A DNA stretch of 64,000 bases from Camelus dromedarius (Eukaryota): assembly GCF_036321535.1 (NCBI RefSeq), contig NC_087436.1, positions 19,160,001 to 19,224,000 of the forward strand, written 5' to 3'. Made by a program: the position numbers and the translations under genes. Numbering within the stretch: the stretch's first letter is position 1; the number at the start of each line of letters is the position of its first letter. Positions 39,322 to 52,107 of the stretch are shown here, piece by piece. The notes beneath the pieces were generated by a model that saw nothing but the letters and a program-made list of their open reading frames with translations, did not search any database and was not told where the DNA came from.

Positions 39322-40112
39322 AGTTTTTTTTTTAAATAACTTTACTGAGTTATAATTCATATATCATACATTTACCCCTTTAACATCTACATTTCAGTAG
39401 TTCTTAGTATATTCATAGAGTTTTACAACCATCACCACTGTTTTTGTTTTTGTTTAGGGGGGAAGTATTAAATTTATTTATTTTATTTATTTCTTGGTGG
39501 AGGTACTGGGTATTGAACCCAGGACCTTGTGCATGCCAAGCAGGCACTCTACCACTGAGCTATCCCTTACCACAGCCACTGTTTAATTTCAGATCATTTT
39601 CTTCACCTCAGAAAGAAACCCCTAACTGTTAGCAGCCACTCCCAATTGCCTCCCCTCTTCCCAGCCTCTGGTAGCCATTAAACTACCTTCTGTTTCTGTG
39701 GATTTGCCTGTTCTGGGCATTTCATGTAAATGGAACCATACAATATGTGTGTTTTTGTGTAACTGGCTTCTTTCACTTAGCATGTTTTCAAGGTTTATCC
39801 ATGCTGTAGCATGTTTCACTACTTTATTCCTTTTTATGGCTCAATAATATTCCATTGTATGAATATAGCATATTTTACTTATCCATTCAATTGATAGACA
39901 TTTGGGTGGTTCCCACTTCTTGGCCGTTATGTATAATGTTATGAGCATTTATGTACAAGTTTTTGTGTGAACATGTGTTTTTGTTTCTCTTGGGTATATG
40001 CACAGGAGTGGAATTCTTGGGTCATATGGTAACTATATACTATACTTTTTGAGGAACTGCCAAGTTATTTTTCCAAGCAGCTGCACCATTTTACAATCCT
40101 ACCAACAATGCA
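39322..40112 (-). mobile_element. Older L1 (L1MB-like) 3' end, interrupted by a SINE
   Basis: 'aactttactgagttataattcatatatcataca...ggatttgcctgttctgggcatttcatgtaaatggaaccatac...gaggaactgccaa...ctgcaccattttacaatcctaccaacaatg'. Confidence 0.85.
39441..39572 (-). mobile_element. tRNA-derived camelid SINE (Vic-1 type) nested in L1
   Basis: 'ggaggtactgggtattgaacccaggaccttgtgcatgccaagcaggcactctaccactgagctatccc', flanked by ccactgttt on both sides. Confidence 0.85.
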
Positions 40113-40313
40113 TGGGCATTTAAAAGTTTAAGTTCTAACTCACTGTATACTCCAACAAAGACAAGCCACTTATTTTTAAAATGTACACTTTACATTTCAT
40201 TATCCTGATAACCATCTTGCAGTTTCTAAAGCAAAGACACACAAAAAAATCTTCTCTTTACTGTACATTAAATGGAATGATATTCCAATAGTTTCTTGTT
40301 TTATTTCTTCTAG

Positions 40314-40437
40314 CCAAGGACAGATGACGGAAGCAATTAAATACTTGAAAAAAGTTGTGAAAATTGCAAGAAACAATTTTCAAAGCCTAGATTTTGTGAG
40401 AGCAAGTACAATGCTTGGGGACATCTACAATGAAAAA
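40314..40437 (+). CDS. TTC29: TTC29 coding exon, 124 nt, phase 2/0: (S)QGQMTEAIKYLKKVVKIARNNFQSLDFVRASTMLGDIYNEK
   Basis: Acceptor ttttatttcttctAG at 40312-13 and donor AAA|GTGAGT at 40438. AG+C completes the Ser codon from the previous exon. TPR-like helices (EAIKYLKK; LGDIYNEKG). Overlaps ORF 40324..40560. Confidence 0.95.
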
Positions 40438-41184
40438 GTGAGTAGTATGTGTTCCTTGCTCATAGGGAGAAATTTGCAAAACTTTAAAATTCTACTTTCA
40501 TGTGCTCTTTACCTTCCCATAATAAGTTGTGTGGAATGGCCCCAGGAGTGCAGGACTTAGTCAATGCACAAGGCAGTGACTGGGAAGAGAGATGCCTCTT
40601 ACTTCCTCCTCTTCCGGGACCTGGTCGCCATCTTGGTCCAGTCACTGCAGGCTGCTAACGCTGATTCGTATCTTCACAGCCAGTGCAGAGTCTAAGTGAT
40701 TTTGGATTTGAAAAGCAATTAAAATATGTCAATTCAAAGGAACTTCATTATAACAATTGGCTCTTACTGCTGACACTAACATTCACCTCCCTTGCTCCAA
40801 ATTCTTGCTTTTTTTAATCCAGCTGTGATGCCCCTGCTTGGTCCCTCAGGAGAAGAAAGGACAGTCCCAAGAGTAATTCTGAAGGAAATAAGGAATTCTA
40901 GCAACAGATTGGTTATGTGAAAGAAGAGAGAAAAAAGTCTAAAATAAAAGTATCTCATTCAAGAGTCCATTGCTAGCGAAATGCATTGGTCAAGATGGAC
41001 TTTTGGTTTATCTTCTCCTGACTTTATCTTTTATTACCTAGATTCTCCTTTCGAAACAGTATGAAAGAGGCTCGTTTCTCTATTACAATTGCTGTTTTGA
41101 TCATGAATGAGATCTATCATTTTTGAAGGTAGTGACATTCTCAAACTGTTCTGATACACCTTGTCTTAATCTTTCTGAGGCTCT

Positions 41185-41400
41185 GCATGTAGTGATTAAA
41201 AGCGCTAACTCTGAGACCAGACTGGATTAAAAGCCCAGCTCTTTCACTTGTAAGATCTGTGACCTGGGACAAGCTACTTACCTTCTAGGTGTTTCAGTTT
41301 TCTCACCTTATAAGGTTGTTTTGTGTGTTGTCTTAATAAATGTAAGGCACTTAGAACAGTGCCTGGCAGAGGAAGTAAGCACCATCTTTATCAGTGGTAG
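41185..41400 (+). mobile_element. MIR SINE
   Basis: 'gtagtgattaaaagcgc...tgtgacctgggacaagctacttacc...ttcagttttctcacct...gtaaggcacttagaacagtgcctggca'. Confidence 0.85.
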
Positions 41401-41429
41401 AGCCACTATTATGCTTCACACCCTTAAGT

Positions 41430-42670
41430 GGTATCATTCCATTGACTTCCCTTTTCCCAGGCTCAGTGAGTTTAACTAACTCCCCCACCACCACCAGGTC
41501 TCCAAGCTTCCGGGTGGCTGTGATATTCAAATGCGTACTCTTAATCACTACAGTCTTTTCTTTGCCTTATCATTGATTTCGATGATTTCAGCCACTCCCA
41601 TTGCCACTCCCAATTACCAGCCATATGCTGTTGCTCCCAGATTTGTGTCTCCAACCTTAATCTCTCCTCGGCACTGCAGACTTGTAAAGCCAACTGCCTA
41701 CTTAGCATCTCTACATGGATGTCTTCTAATATACATCTCAAACTAAATGTGATTCCTCTCTCCCTTGACCTACTTCTCCCCAGTCTTCCGCATCTTAATG
41801 CATGGTACCATTATCCATCAACCCAACTGCTCACGCCAAAAATCTGAATATTCTTTGATTCTTCTTCCCCCACCTTCCACATCCAATCCGGAAGTAAACC
41901 CTGATCTTTATGCCCCCAAAACACATCTCAGATCCGCCCACTTCTATCTCTGCTACTATCACCACATCAGTTTATAACACAGTGTTTTCTCACCTGTACT
42001 GTTACAGTAAGCTCTGAACTCATTTCCTCATTTCTCCTCCATCAAATCCAGCCCCCACCCAGAGGCCCAAGTAATTATCTCAAAATATAAATAAAATCAT
42101 ATTGTTTCTCTGCTTAAAATACTTCCATTGCTTCCTATTCTTCTCAGAACATAAATATGCATCCTCACCTTGACTTGAAGCAGTCTGCATGAGATGCATT
42201 AACCACCCATCCCCAATCCCTGACTTTATAGCCTCCCTCGCTCCTCCTTATTGTCTCCACCACAGCCAAATGGACTTTCATGGAGTTCTTCAAACATGCT
42301 GAGCTTCTTTCTGCCTGAGAACATTCACTTTAGCTGGAATGCTTTGCGTGGACTGCTCCCTAGTCTGAACTTCATATTGCTGACTTCTTGTCATTCAGAA
42401 CTCAGCTAAATGCCACATCTTTAGAGAAAGCTTCCTTGAGGCAACTCAATCAAAAGTAGCCACCAGGTCACTGTTTAACATTACTTCAGTTCTTCATGTA
42501 GCACTTACAGTTTTCTTACTGGTATTTTTCTTCTTGTTATTGCTGAATGTGTCTAGAATAGAAAGAAGCTTAATGAGAATAGGGACCAGATCTGTCTTTT
42601 TTTTTTTTTCATTCCAATTCTTTGATGAGAACCTAGCACAGAGTTGGTGAACAAAAATAAGCGAATTCAT
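41430..42670 (+). mobile_element. LINE-2 (about 1.2 kb of the 3' portion)
   Basis: Pyrimidine-rich L2 text 'ccaactgcctacttagcatctctacatggatgtcttctaatatacatctcaaact...ctctgcttaaaatacttccattgcttcc...ctcagctaaatgccacatctttagagaaagcttcctt'. Confidence 0.8.
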
Positions 42671-45349
42671 TCAATCAATACATTTGTAACCAATTTTATA
42701 CCACTTGAGAGTTAGTATTCTCTCACTTTTGAAATTCCAAACCTCTGGGTATTTTTTTTCCCCTAATATTTTGGCATTTGAAAACTTGACTAAATCTTTA
42801 AAAGTAAATCTAATGTTGCTGATACTTGTCAGTCTACCTTTTGAGGCTCTCTGCCAACTGCCCTCATCATACCTTTTCTGGCTTCATATTATCAGTGCAA
42901 TGTATTCTAATTGTATTCTTAACCATAATTTCCAAGAAATAATACTACTATAAGACCACAGATATCATATGAAATAGTTTTGGGAAAATAGTTTTCTCTA
43001 ATTATTATAGTGTTGTTACAACTAAAGTTAATACACCTTAAAAATATCCTCATTAGTTTACATTTTACTATATAATCATGGAAGATGGGCCACCCATCCC
43101 ACCCTCTTGATGTGATGGGTTTTTAACTGAAAATATATTGTTAATGTAAAGGGTCAAATGAGGATACTTTAGGGAAAATAACTAGGTATAGATCCTTTAT
43201 GAGTTTTTTTAATTGTCTAATAAGATCAGAGAATCACATAATTAAAACAATGGTAATTCCAATACTAAAATAGAAAGGAAAATGTGTGAGAAATGATCCT
43301 TCCTTAGTACTGGGGGAAATCCCCACTTATTCTGAGCTTGCTTATTGGACAGAGTGACATTTTAGACACTAAGAAGGATCTGGTAAGAATCAAAATAATG
43401 CGTGAAATTCTATGTTATAGTGTAATAATGCAAGTTTTGATTCAAGGTCTATGATGTCATAATATCCTGTCCTGAAATTGTCCACCACATGCTTATTAGT
43501 GATACTTACTACATTAAAGGCATCATCTCTTCCAATAAGATGCATTTGTGAAGTGCATAAATTCACTTATATATCCTTGAACTCTTATTTAAGATCGCCA
43601 GGATTAATTTCTGAAATCTTCTGAATTCTATAACAGAATAGGGATTAACTGATAACAGAAAAGGACTGTGGAATGTCAGACAGAACCTTTGAGAGGAGAT
43701 TAAATTTAGATATTAAAAAAATTAGATATTAAATTCTTTATGAATGAAAAATCTGGAAATACAATGCACAGTAATGAAACCACACTCTAAAAAAGTACGT
43801 ATAAAAATTCTTGCATCTGAAAAGAATTAATGTTATATTTCCTTAAGAGCATTTTAAACTAGAGAAATCTAGATCCATACCAGTTTCATGGTAGGTATAT
43901 ATGTGTCTAAAGATTGAACAATAGGCACAATTTGTGGAAGAATAATTACCTAACTATAATGCTTCTATTTTAGGGGAAAAAAGCATTTGTTAAATAAGAT
44001 CTAATAAAAATTTTAGGCATATGAATACTTCTACTAGCAGCAAGCTAGCTCCTTGACCATAAATTCTGTTCACTGCTGAATCCCTGCTACCTGGCGTGGG
44101 CCTGGTACACAGGAGTTGCTCAGTGAACGAATGGATGAGTGAATGAGTTTGTTCCAACATAATAATATATAAAAATAATTCTGGAAATTCAAATATATGA
44201 CCATTTATTTATGGCCCCTAATTTTCCCAGTTGGGGCTCTCACCTAAAACAATAAATAGCCTAAAGCTCAAAATTACAACTAAAATAATAAAATTAGATA
44301 TTTGTACTTTGTTTTTAAAAATAGAAACATTTGGCCTAGTTATATATTTTCATCTATTTTTGTCCTATACCTTTGATGTCTAGCAGGACCATCTATAATT
44401 TTAACTAGTTTTATTGTCATCTTTAATATTTATATTGTTTCTCTGTCATATAACTTATTTAATTGACATACAGAACTTTGATAGTTTTAATTTTTTCTAA
44501 TTAAGTAATCTTACCCTCATATACACTCTATGTTTCATACTTTGAAATAAGAGGAAGAATTGTTTGCCTCAACAAACAAAAATTACTATTGATGTAATAT
44601 GGAGGGACTCTGTTTAAATCAGCAAATTTAACTGGAATGAACCACTTGAATAAACGGTTCACCCAAGCTGTCCTTGTGAGCGTACAACTGTTAGGTTTGC
44701 TGCTCGGGTGACGTAACTGTCACAGATGCCCTACTTTCCCCCCTCCTCACCTTGCCAGCAATCTCCCTATTCAGTCAGTTTTTCTGCTCTTTGGATTCCA
44801 TGACTGTACAGAGGTGCTTAGGTGTTGAGTATGCATTTTATCCGTACTGGTGTATGATATGAAGCTGTTTCTATGGAGCTTTTTATTTCGAGTTCCTTCA
44901 TAAAATGTCATAAGAAAAATGACTCAGAAGCTCATAGTAAAACATTTCTTTTCACAAGAGTGTGCGTGCATGTTTTTGTGTGTATGAGAGAGAGAAAAGG
45001 AGGTAGAGGGAGGGGAGATGAAGGACCCTCAGGGTTATAAATCAGTGAAGAAAGGAACTTTTTGTTCCCCAGAGTCTTTAAAAGTGTAGCTTAATACTAA
45101 AAATAATATCCGTCTTTGAGGAAGAGTTTTTAAGGAGAAATTTTAGAAGACTTGGGGGGTTGCAGAAAGTAGTCTCTTCTCTGAGGCTCTATTTCATTAT
45201 TTGTAAAATAAGAAAAATATTTCTTGATCGGGTGACTTATGAAAGCTAATGACATAATACATATGAAGTACTTAACACTGGCCTTGACACTTCGTAAGAG
45301 TTAGGTAACTGTTAGTTATTTGTAGCTTTTAGAAGGAGAGATGTGGATG

Positions 45350-45432
45350 ACAAGGAAGGAACGGAGGGAGGGAGGGAGAAAAGAAAGAAGGAAGGGAGGG
45401 AGGGAGGGAAGAAAGAAGGAAAGAAAGAAAGA
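45350..45432 (+). repeat. Polypurine (GGAA/GGGA/GAAA)n tract
   Basis: Seen directly. Explains the K/R/E-rich ORF 45341..45577. Confidence 0.9.
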
Positions 45433-46111
45433 CCTTGAATTTTTTCACCTTAAAATGTTGCAAAGGACTTGGAGAAAAGATAGACATTTAATTGATCCTT
45501 TAAGTTATGCTAGTGTTGTTGTCAAGATCATATGTTTTCAAAAGCTTGGGAACCTTCACATTCTCAGTCAAGAATGACACACGCACATGGGAAAACACAA
45601 GTAAAAACCGAACAGCAAATACCTCCATCTATTTTCACTCCCCGTTCATTAAATGGGTTGGCTGAGAATGATCTCTTGCTGTGACTGAAAACAAGAGCTG
45701 GTTTAAAATAATTCATCTGGTAAATCCAATGCTACAAGTAAGAAAATTCCATCCAAATCAATGTGACTTAGTTCTCCCTTTCCCAGACTCCTTTTTGCTT
45801 CCATATATTAGGCTGAACCATACGAAAATGCTAACATTTGACCATTTTTAATCCAAAAAACTCTGGTTTCCTACAGTCCAATCTTGTAGATACACCTTTC
45901 ATAGCCAATTAACCTTAAGATATTGCATGGTTAGCAAACATAACTTTTAAAAAGGAACTCATTCCAATAGAGGCCCTGCTCTTCATCTCTTTCTTCTTGA
46001 AGATGAACTGCTGAAATTGTTGAAAGATGAGCGCAGCACATGCCAAGGTGGGAAATATGTGGAATGGTAAAATAAAAATTAAGAAGAAAATTCTTTCTCT
46101 TACACTTTTAG

Positions 46112-46340
46112 GGCTACTACAACAAAGCTTCTGAATACTTTCAGCAAGCTTTTGACATGACAGCAGAGATGGTGAACACGCTTCTGACGGATGAAACAAA
46201 AGTTCATTATGGAATAGCAAAAGCTCATCAGATGATGCTGACGGTTAGTAATTACATAGAAACTGCAGATCTCACCAGCCTTGACTGCCTGCTGTCATGG
46301 AAGGAGAGGAGAAGTGACATTGCACCTGATCCAATTATTG
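46112..46340 (+). CDS. TTC29: TTC29 coding exon, 229 nt, phase 0/1: GYYNKASEYFQQAFDMTAEMVNTLLTDETKVHYGIAKAHQMMLTVSNYIETADLTSLDCLLSWKERRSDIAPDPII
   Basis: Acceptor ttctttctcttacacttttAG at 46110-11 and donor TTG|GTGAGT at 46341. In frame with the previous exon. Motif DETKVHYGIAKAHQMM is typical of TTC29. Overlaps ORF 46157..46507. Confidence 0.95.
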
Positions 46341-47114
46341 GTGAGTCATTGGTTTTTGTATCATTCTTCATGGCTGAGTCATTTTCATTGGAAAGGTTTA
46401 CTCAACCATTGGCGATTTTAATTTTATTGGCAATTTTATTTTTATTTATCCATTACTATGTGAATGTTGGATGCACCTTCGTGCTATGTTGTACCTTCAG
46501 TGTCTAAGGAAATCATACAATAGTGATAATGACTTATTCAACTTCATAAATCACCATTTTTTCAGTTATCTTAAAAAGTCAGCAGTAGGTACTGTTCAGC
46601 TTAAGGAATGTGAAGTAAGCTTGTTTTTAAAACTGTTTATTGCTATACCTTACTGACAAGAGCAAATGTTCATAGATGCTAATTAGTATTATTCTCTTAC
46701 TTTTCTGATGGTAGTTAAGTTTTCCTATTTTTCTCAATTCAAGTGTGAATATTAATTGAGAAAATGTTTGATAGTAATTTCTCTTAATTCCACTTTTTTC
46801 CTGTGTCGTTTTCTTGTGATAATTAGTCAAAATAGTCAGTTAAAAATAATTACCTAGAGGGGATGTGAGGGTCAGTTTATGTTTCCACTTGACTAGGCTC
46901 TAGTCTTTAGTTAAAAACTTTAGGATTTCTTTTTAATTTTAAACAGTAGTGCCCATGAAAGACCTTTGGGCTACATAATTATTTGCTTGCAAATCAAACT
47001 TCTTAAAGCAAAACTTTATTTTAAATGTTTGGGAACTCAAATGAAATCATAAGTTAAAACTCTTTAATGTAAAGAGGTATCTCATTTGTATTTTTAAAAA
47101 TATTCTTAATTTTC

Positions 47115-47642
47115 ATAGAGTTTTTAAAGGTTACTTTCCATTTACAGTTATTACAAAATACTGGCTATATTCCCCATGTTGCATAATACATCCTAGAGTC
47201 AATCTTGCACCCAACAGTTTGTACCCTACCCTGTATTCTCCCTCTCCAGCCTCCCCAATGGTAATCACTAGTTTGTTCTCTGTATCTGTTGAGTCTGCTT
47301 CTTTTTTGTTATATTTACTAGTTTGTTGTACTTTTTAGACTCCACATATAAGTGACATCATACAGTATTTGCCTTTCTCTGCCTGACTTATTTCACTTAG
47401 CATAATGCCCTCCAAATCCATCCATGTTGCTGCAAATGGCAAAATTTCATTCTTTTTATGGCTGAGTAATAATATTCCAGTATATATGCACACATACATT
47501 CATCTGTAGATGGATATTTAGGTTGCTTCTGTGTCTTGGCAATTGTTAAAAATGCTGCTATGAACATTGGGGCACATGTATCTTTTCAATCAGTGTTTTT
47601 GTTTTTTATGGATATATACCCAGGAGTGGAATTGCTGGGTCT
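47115..47642 (-). mobile_element. 5'-truncated LINE-1
   Basis: 'ttttagactccacatataagtgacatcatacagtatttg...tgacttatttcacttagcataatgccctcc...ccaggagtggaattgctgggtc'. Confidence 0.88.
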
Positions 47643-48442
47643 TAGTGCATCTCTTATTTGGAACTCTTCCCCTCTACCTCAGGTCATTTAGAAGAAATAA
47701 TAATCTGCTTTAGTGTTTATTTCCTCCATAGAATAAATAGCAAATAATAGTAAATTTGACATAAAGAAATTTTATTGATTCTTTTACATCAGTAGAACTC
47801 TCCTTTACCACTGTCTGTCCTCTAGCTAGAAAATAAGAAAAAGTCTCATTCCTGACAGATGCACAGTAAGAGGAACCAAGATGAAGTCCTCAGAAAGAGA
47901 TGGCTTATTGAATTTCAATGCGCTCAAGTGCCCCAAAAATATTTATAGTTCACTACTAACTAACTACTTTCAGATAATACTTTGCTTGCTCAGGATGTTG
48001 TCTTGTCATATATTTGGGCATTTGTTGTGTCATTTTGAGTTATCTTCCCTTTAGGCTCTCACTCTTTCCTCCCAGGAGATAAAGCAGAGGAAGTGTGAGC
48101 CATCTACTAGATGATTTGTTTGGATGAACAGTTCGGTAGAGTAAGTTGAGCTACTCACATTTCCAGATTTATCTGGGCTACACGCTAGCCATCACAATGA
48201 TAATCATGAGAAAATACTCCTCAAAAGTAGTTTCTGATCAGAGCCATGTGTCTGTTTACTGCAATCCTGTGTTTGGCTTTTTAAAAATCTCTTTAGCATT
48301 CCTTTACTCTATAAAGCTGTTCAGTTTTCTATTCTTTTTACATTTTATCTCCCCTTTTTTTTTTTTTTTAGTAAGGGCATGTTGTGTTTTAAAAGGTTTA
48401 GGAGCAGGACCAAAAAATGCACTTTAAAATATTATTCAGACA

Positions 48443-48725
48443 CATAAAAAACAAACAAAAAACCCAAAATAAGTGAACAAACCAAACCAAACCAAACCAA
48501 ACAAAAACAAACACATAGATACAGAGAGTAGAGCAGTGGGTATGAGAGGGGAAGAGTGGGGACTAGGGGAAGGGCAAAATGGATTAAGGGGTCAACTCTA
48601 TGGTGACAGATGGAAACCAAATTTTTCGTGGTGAGTAAGCTGTCATGTATACAGAAGTAGAAATGTAATGTTGTACACATGTACCTTACATAATGTTATA
48701 AACCAATGATACCTTAATTTAAAAA
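48443..48725 (+). mobile_element. 5'-truncated LINE-1 3' end with TSD
   Basis: 'tggtgacagatggaaacc...tgtatacagaagtagaaat...atgttgtacacatg...taatgttataaaccaatg'; TSD tattcagaca at 48433-42 and 48726-35. Confidence 0.85.
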
Positions 48726-49019
48726 TATTCAGACAATAAATAAAACCTCAGCTATATGTACGGTGGAGAAGATTAAATTCTCCAGAATGCTGTAACAGTA
48801 CACCCCCTTGCTGACTGATTTGACCAAGATTAGAAATCTGTACATGGATGGGCTACATCATTATAGAAGTGAAAAATAATAATCTTTCAGATTCAAAGAT
48901 AAATGGGAAGTTAATTCTCATACTACTGGTATAGTCAGCATTTTTAGTGGTAGGTATTCTATTTGGAAATAAAACCTGTAAAATTTTACAAGGCTTCAAA
49001 AATATTTCTGAAATCACAA

Positions 49020-49500
49020 CTCTTACTTTTCTATCTTTGCTCTGCTTAAAAATCTTCATGGACTCGCTACGGTCTACAAGTTAAATACAAGCTTCTCAAA
49101 CTTTTTTGACCATCTCCCTCCCCCGACTGCACACACACACACACACACACACCCCATACAACATACCCTACTGTCACCTTATTTCCAGCTCCAGCTCCAT
49201 CCAGGGAAATCTCACCCACCTTGCAAGTTCCTTCTCAAATGCTGATGTCTTTCTTGATTGCCCTCTCAATTGAATATTGTCTGTCTGTTCCCACACTGAA
49301 TGTCGTTCGTTTCTCTCTTAAGCTTTTTCCATTTGTTATCTTCCGCATCCTATCATGGCCATTTCTGTAATTGCCTTCTCTGCCTGATCAGAGAATGAGT
49401 CTCTTGAAAACAGGTCCTGATTCTTGGTATTCCCTACAAAAGAAGGCACAGTGTCTGACACCTACCAAGTAAATATTTGTCGAATTAAATAGAATTCAAA
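49020..49500 (+). mobile_element. Degenerate LINE-2 3' portion containing a (CA)n run near 49129-49151
   Basis: 'ctctgcttaaaaatcttcatgg...' ending 'gcacagtgtctgacacctaccaagtaaatatttgtcgaattaaat'. Confidence 0.6.
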
Positions 49501-52107
49501 ATGAGTATGTATGTCCTAGCCATAAACTAGTGTGCACTAACCAATTTTAAAACAAGATTTGTTGTTCCCTGTCTCCTTGAAAAATATGAAAAAAAAAAAA
49601 ACCCTAATAATCCAAACACTGTATTTTGATTACCACCCAATTAGCTCACGGATGCAGGACAGCACTAAGTATGATGTTGACAAAATGAAGAAATATGGAA
49701 ATATTATTTAGAAATCTGAGGAGCTTTTAGGTTTTCAAATTTTGCCTTTCTTCTCTGAAGAGGCATCTTTAATCTTGCTATTGAGGGGTCCCATGTATTC
49801 AGAGAAAAGCAGATCAAAGATTTGAAAGATACATTATAAAAGCGGTGCAGTTATCTTCACCTCTGAGACTTACATCCTCCAAACAAATCATTAGCTCACA
49901 GAGCAGGCAATATTCTTTTAAGCAGAGGTACATGACCCCCTAAGGGAATAGAGCACTGAGAGCACTCGGGTCTCTAGATAAAATAGAACAGTGATTCACC
50001 AGCAGTCATCTCTCATCTTTGCACCTTTCAGAGGGAACACAGCAAATAGAGGGACCTTCATACTATTCTAATTGGCTTAGAGATGGTTGGAATGATTTCA
50101 TATTCCTCCCTTCCTTTCCAGTAGTAAAATAAGAACAGATTCTCCTCCCAAATTTAGGAATTTAGAAGAAATTCAAATTTATTACAGTTCAATAAAGTTA
50201 TTCCAGCCTGAAGTAGCAGAATTCGGTTGGCTCTCGAAGGCTTAAGGGTCTATGAATTTCTGCTGGTTCCTCCAGAATATAATTTATTTTCCTCACCAGA
50301 ACTGTTATCTGCACAATCAGTTAATTTTTTTTAGTGAAAGGCTAATTCATCTTGCCTTGTGGAGATCACAGACCCGGATGAGGGACAGTGACACCGAAGC
50401 AAAAGCTTTCTTTATTCAACTTACTAGAACTGTTAACCTAGAAATGTAATAATAGCCATTTAAATGCCAATGTGGTTAACCACTTCACTGGTGATATCAG
50501 TAACACAGTTTTAAAGCACATCCTTATTGTAGCCAAATGTAAGTTATATCAGATAAATAAGATGGAAGTCCTGAGTACAGAAACTAGCTAGTCAGTAAAC
50601 ACACACTTTTTTCTACAAAAAGGCTTATAAAGTTTTTCTTGACTGCCAAAACTATCACCCTGGTTTTATGAATTAAGATTCTTAAAAGAAAATGATAAAG
50701 AGCATGAATTTGTCTCTCAGCCTTGGTTTGTGCTGGCTTGATCTGTGGCCTCTGGCTTAATGTCGAGCCACATTTTCTTACCCTATCCTTTGCTTGTATT
50801 TTCCATTCATAAATTCACCCATTTTAAACAATGTGAAAAAGCCACATTTGTGAGTCTCATGTTCTACTGTACTTTGATCGCAACTTCTGTTTGCTAAATA
50901 ACACTAACAGTGAAAAAATGTTATGAAACTAGCCAAAAAGTCAGCAAGCAGGTTTTAACATCATCCTATCTTCGCAAAACAAACTTGTGTATAATAATAA
51001 GTTCAGAAACATGACGCAGAAAAAGAAGATTCTGGTGAAAAATGTGGCTGAATCAACGGTCACCCTACTGGCAGGTTGGTGTATGTGAGAGAGACTGTCA
51101 CTCAAGAGTCTGGTGACCTGGCTCTAATACCATATTGAGCACTAATTAGCTTATGACTTTTGGCAAAAGATTTCACTTCAAGTCTTTTTAGTCTGTTATC
51201 TGAGGTTTGAAATAGATCACTGATCAGATTCCTCTGGAACTGACCACAATTCCTCAGTAAGAGCATCTTCTAAATAAGTAAGGAATTTTTGTAGTCCTTA
51301 AAAATACAATACAGATTTTCATGAGCATTTTATTTGTTGCTTTTCCCCATAAACACTGGTTTCTGAGGGCTTCCACAAGAGATAATTTTAGTATTATTAT
51401 CACTATTATTATATATCTAACAGCTGTATAAATGCCAGATTTATGACTTGATCCTTCTGCTAGAATTTATTAAAAAAGGAGTTTATAGCTATCTGATGTC
51501 ACTTGCAATTTAACTTCTCCCTGGTTGGCACTGTTGAATTTGCTAAACCTAGTTAACTATTTGATCTGCAGATTTTCAATTCATTCGCCTGTTTTCAACC
51601 CTATGTCATAATTTCCCTCAGCATTTCTTCAACCCCTACTTTTCCCCCACTGCTCTCTGTGCCTCCGATTCCTGTACATGTCTGGTTCTCTACCTGTCAT
51701 TATTCCTTCCTCGTGCACTTTAGTTGCAGCTATCTCTGTCCTCCTAAATCTGGTACTATGCCGACAGCCTCTTTCTAGCTTCTGAAAATGAATTAAAATT
51801 TTCTTGAATTTTTTTGAGTTTTATAGAATCAGGAGATGATGGAGTTGTGTGGTACCAAAGAAATTACCTGGTCCACACATTATATTTCCAAATGTCCTCA
51901 GGACCAGGGGAAGGCAGTCGTACAATAATCCAAGAGATGAAATGGATCTATAATCTAGTTCTCTAGAATGCTAGTCCAGGATTCTTTCCATGTGTTGCCC
52001 TTCCTTACATATTACTTTATAGTTAGTAAAAGCCATGTCTAACATTTTAAAATATTGCATTTTGAATTAAAGTCTGGATGAAAATATTCATAGTGTAAAG
52101 AAACAAA

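Noticed and set aside
45341..45577. Highly charged K/R/E ORF
   Set aside because: It is the translation of a GGAA/GAAA purine tract.
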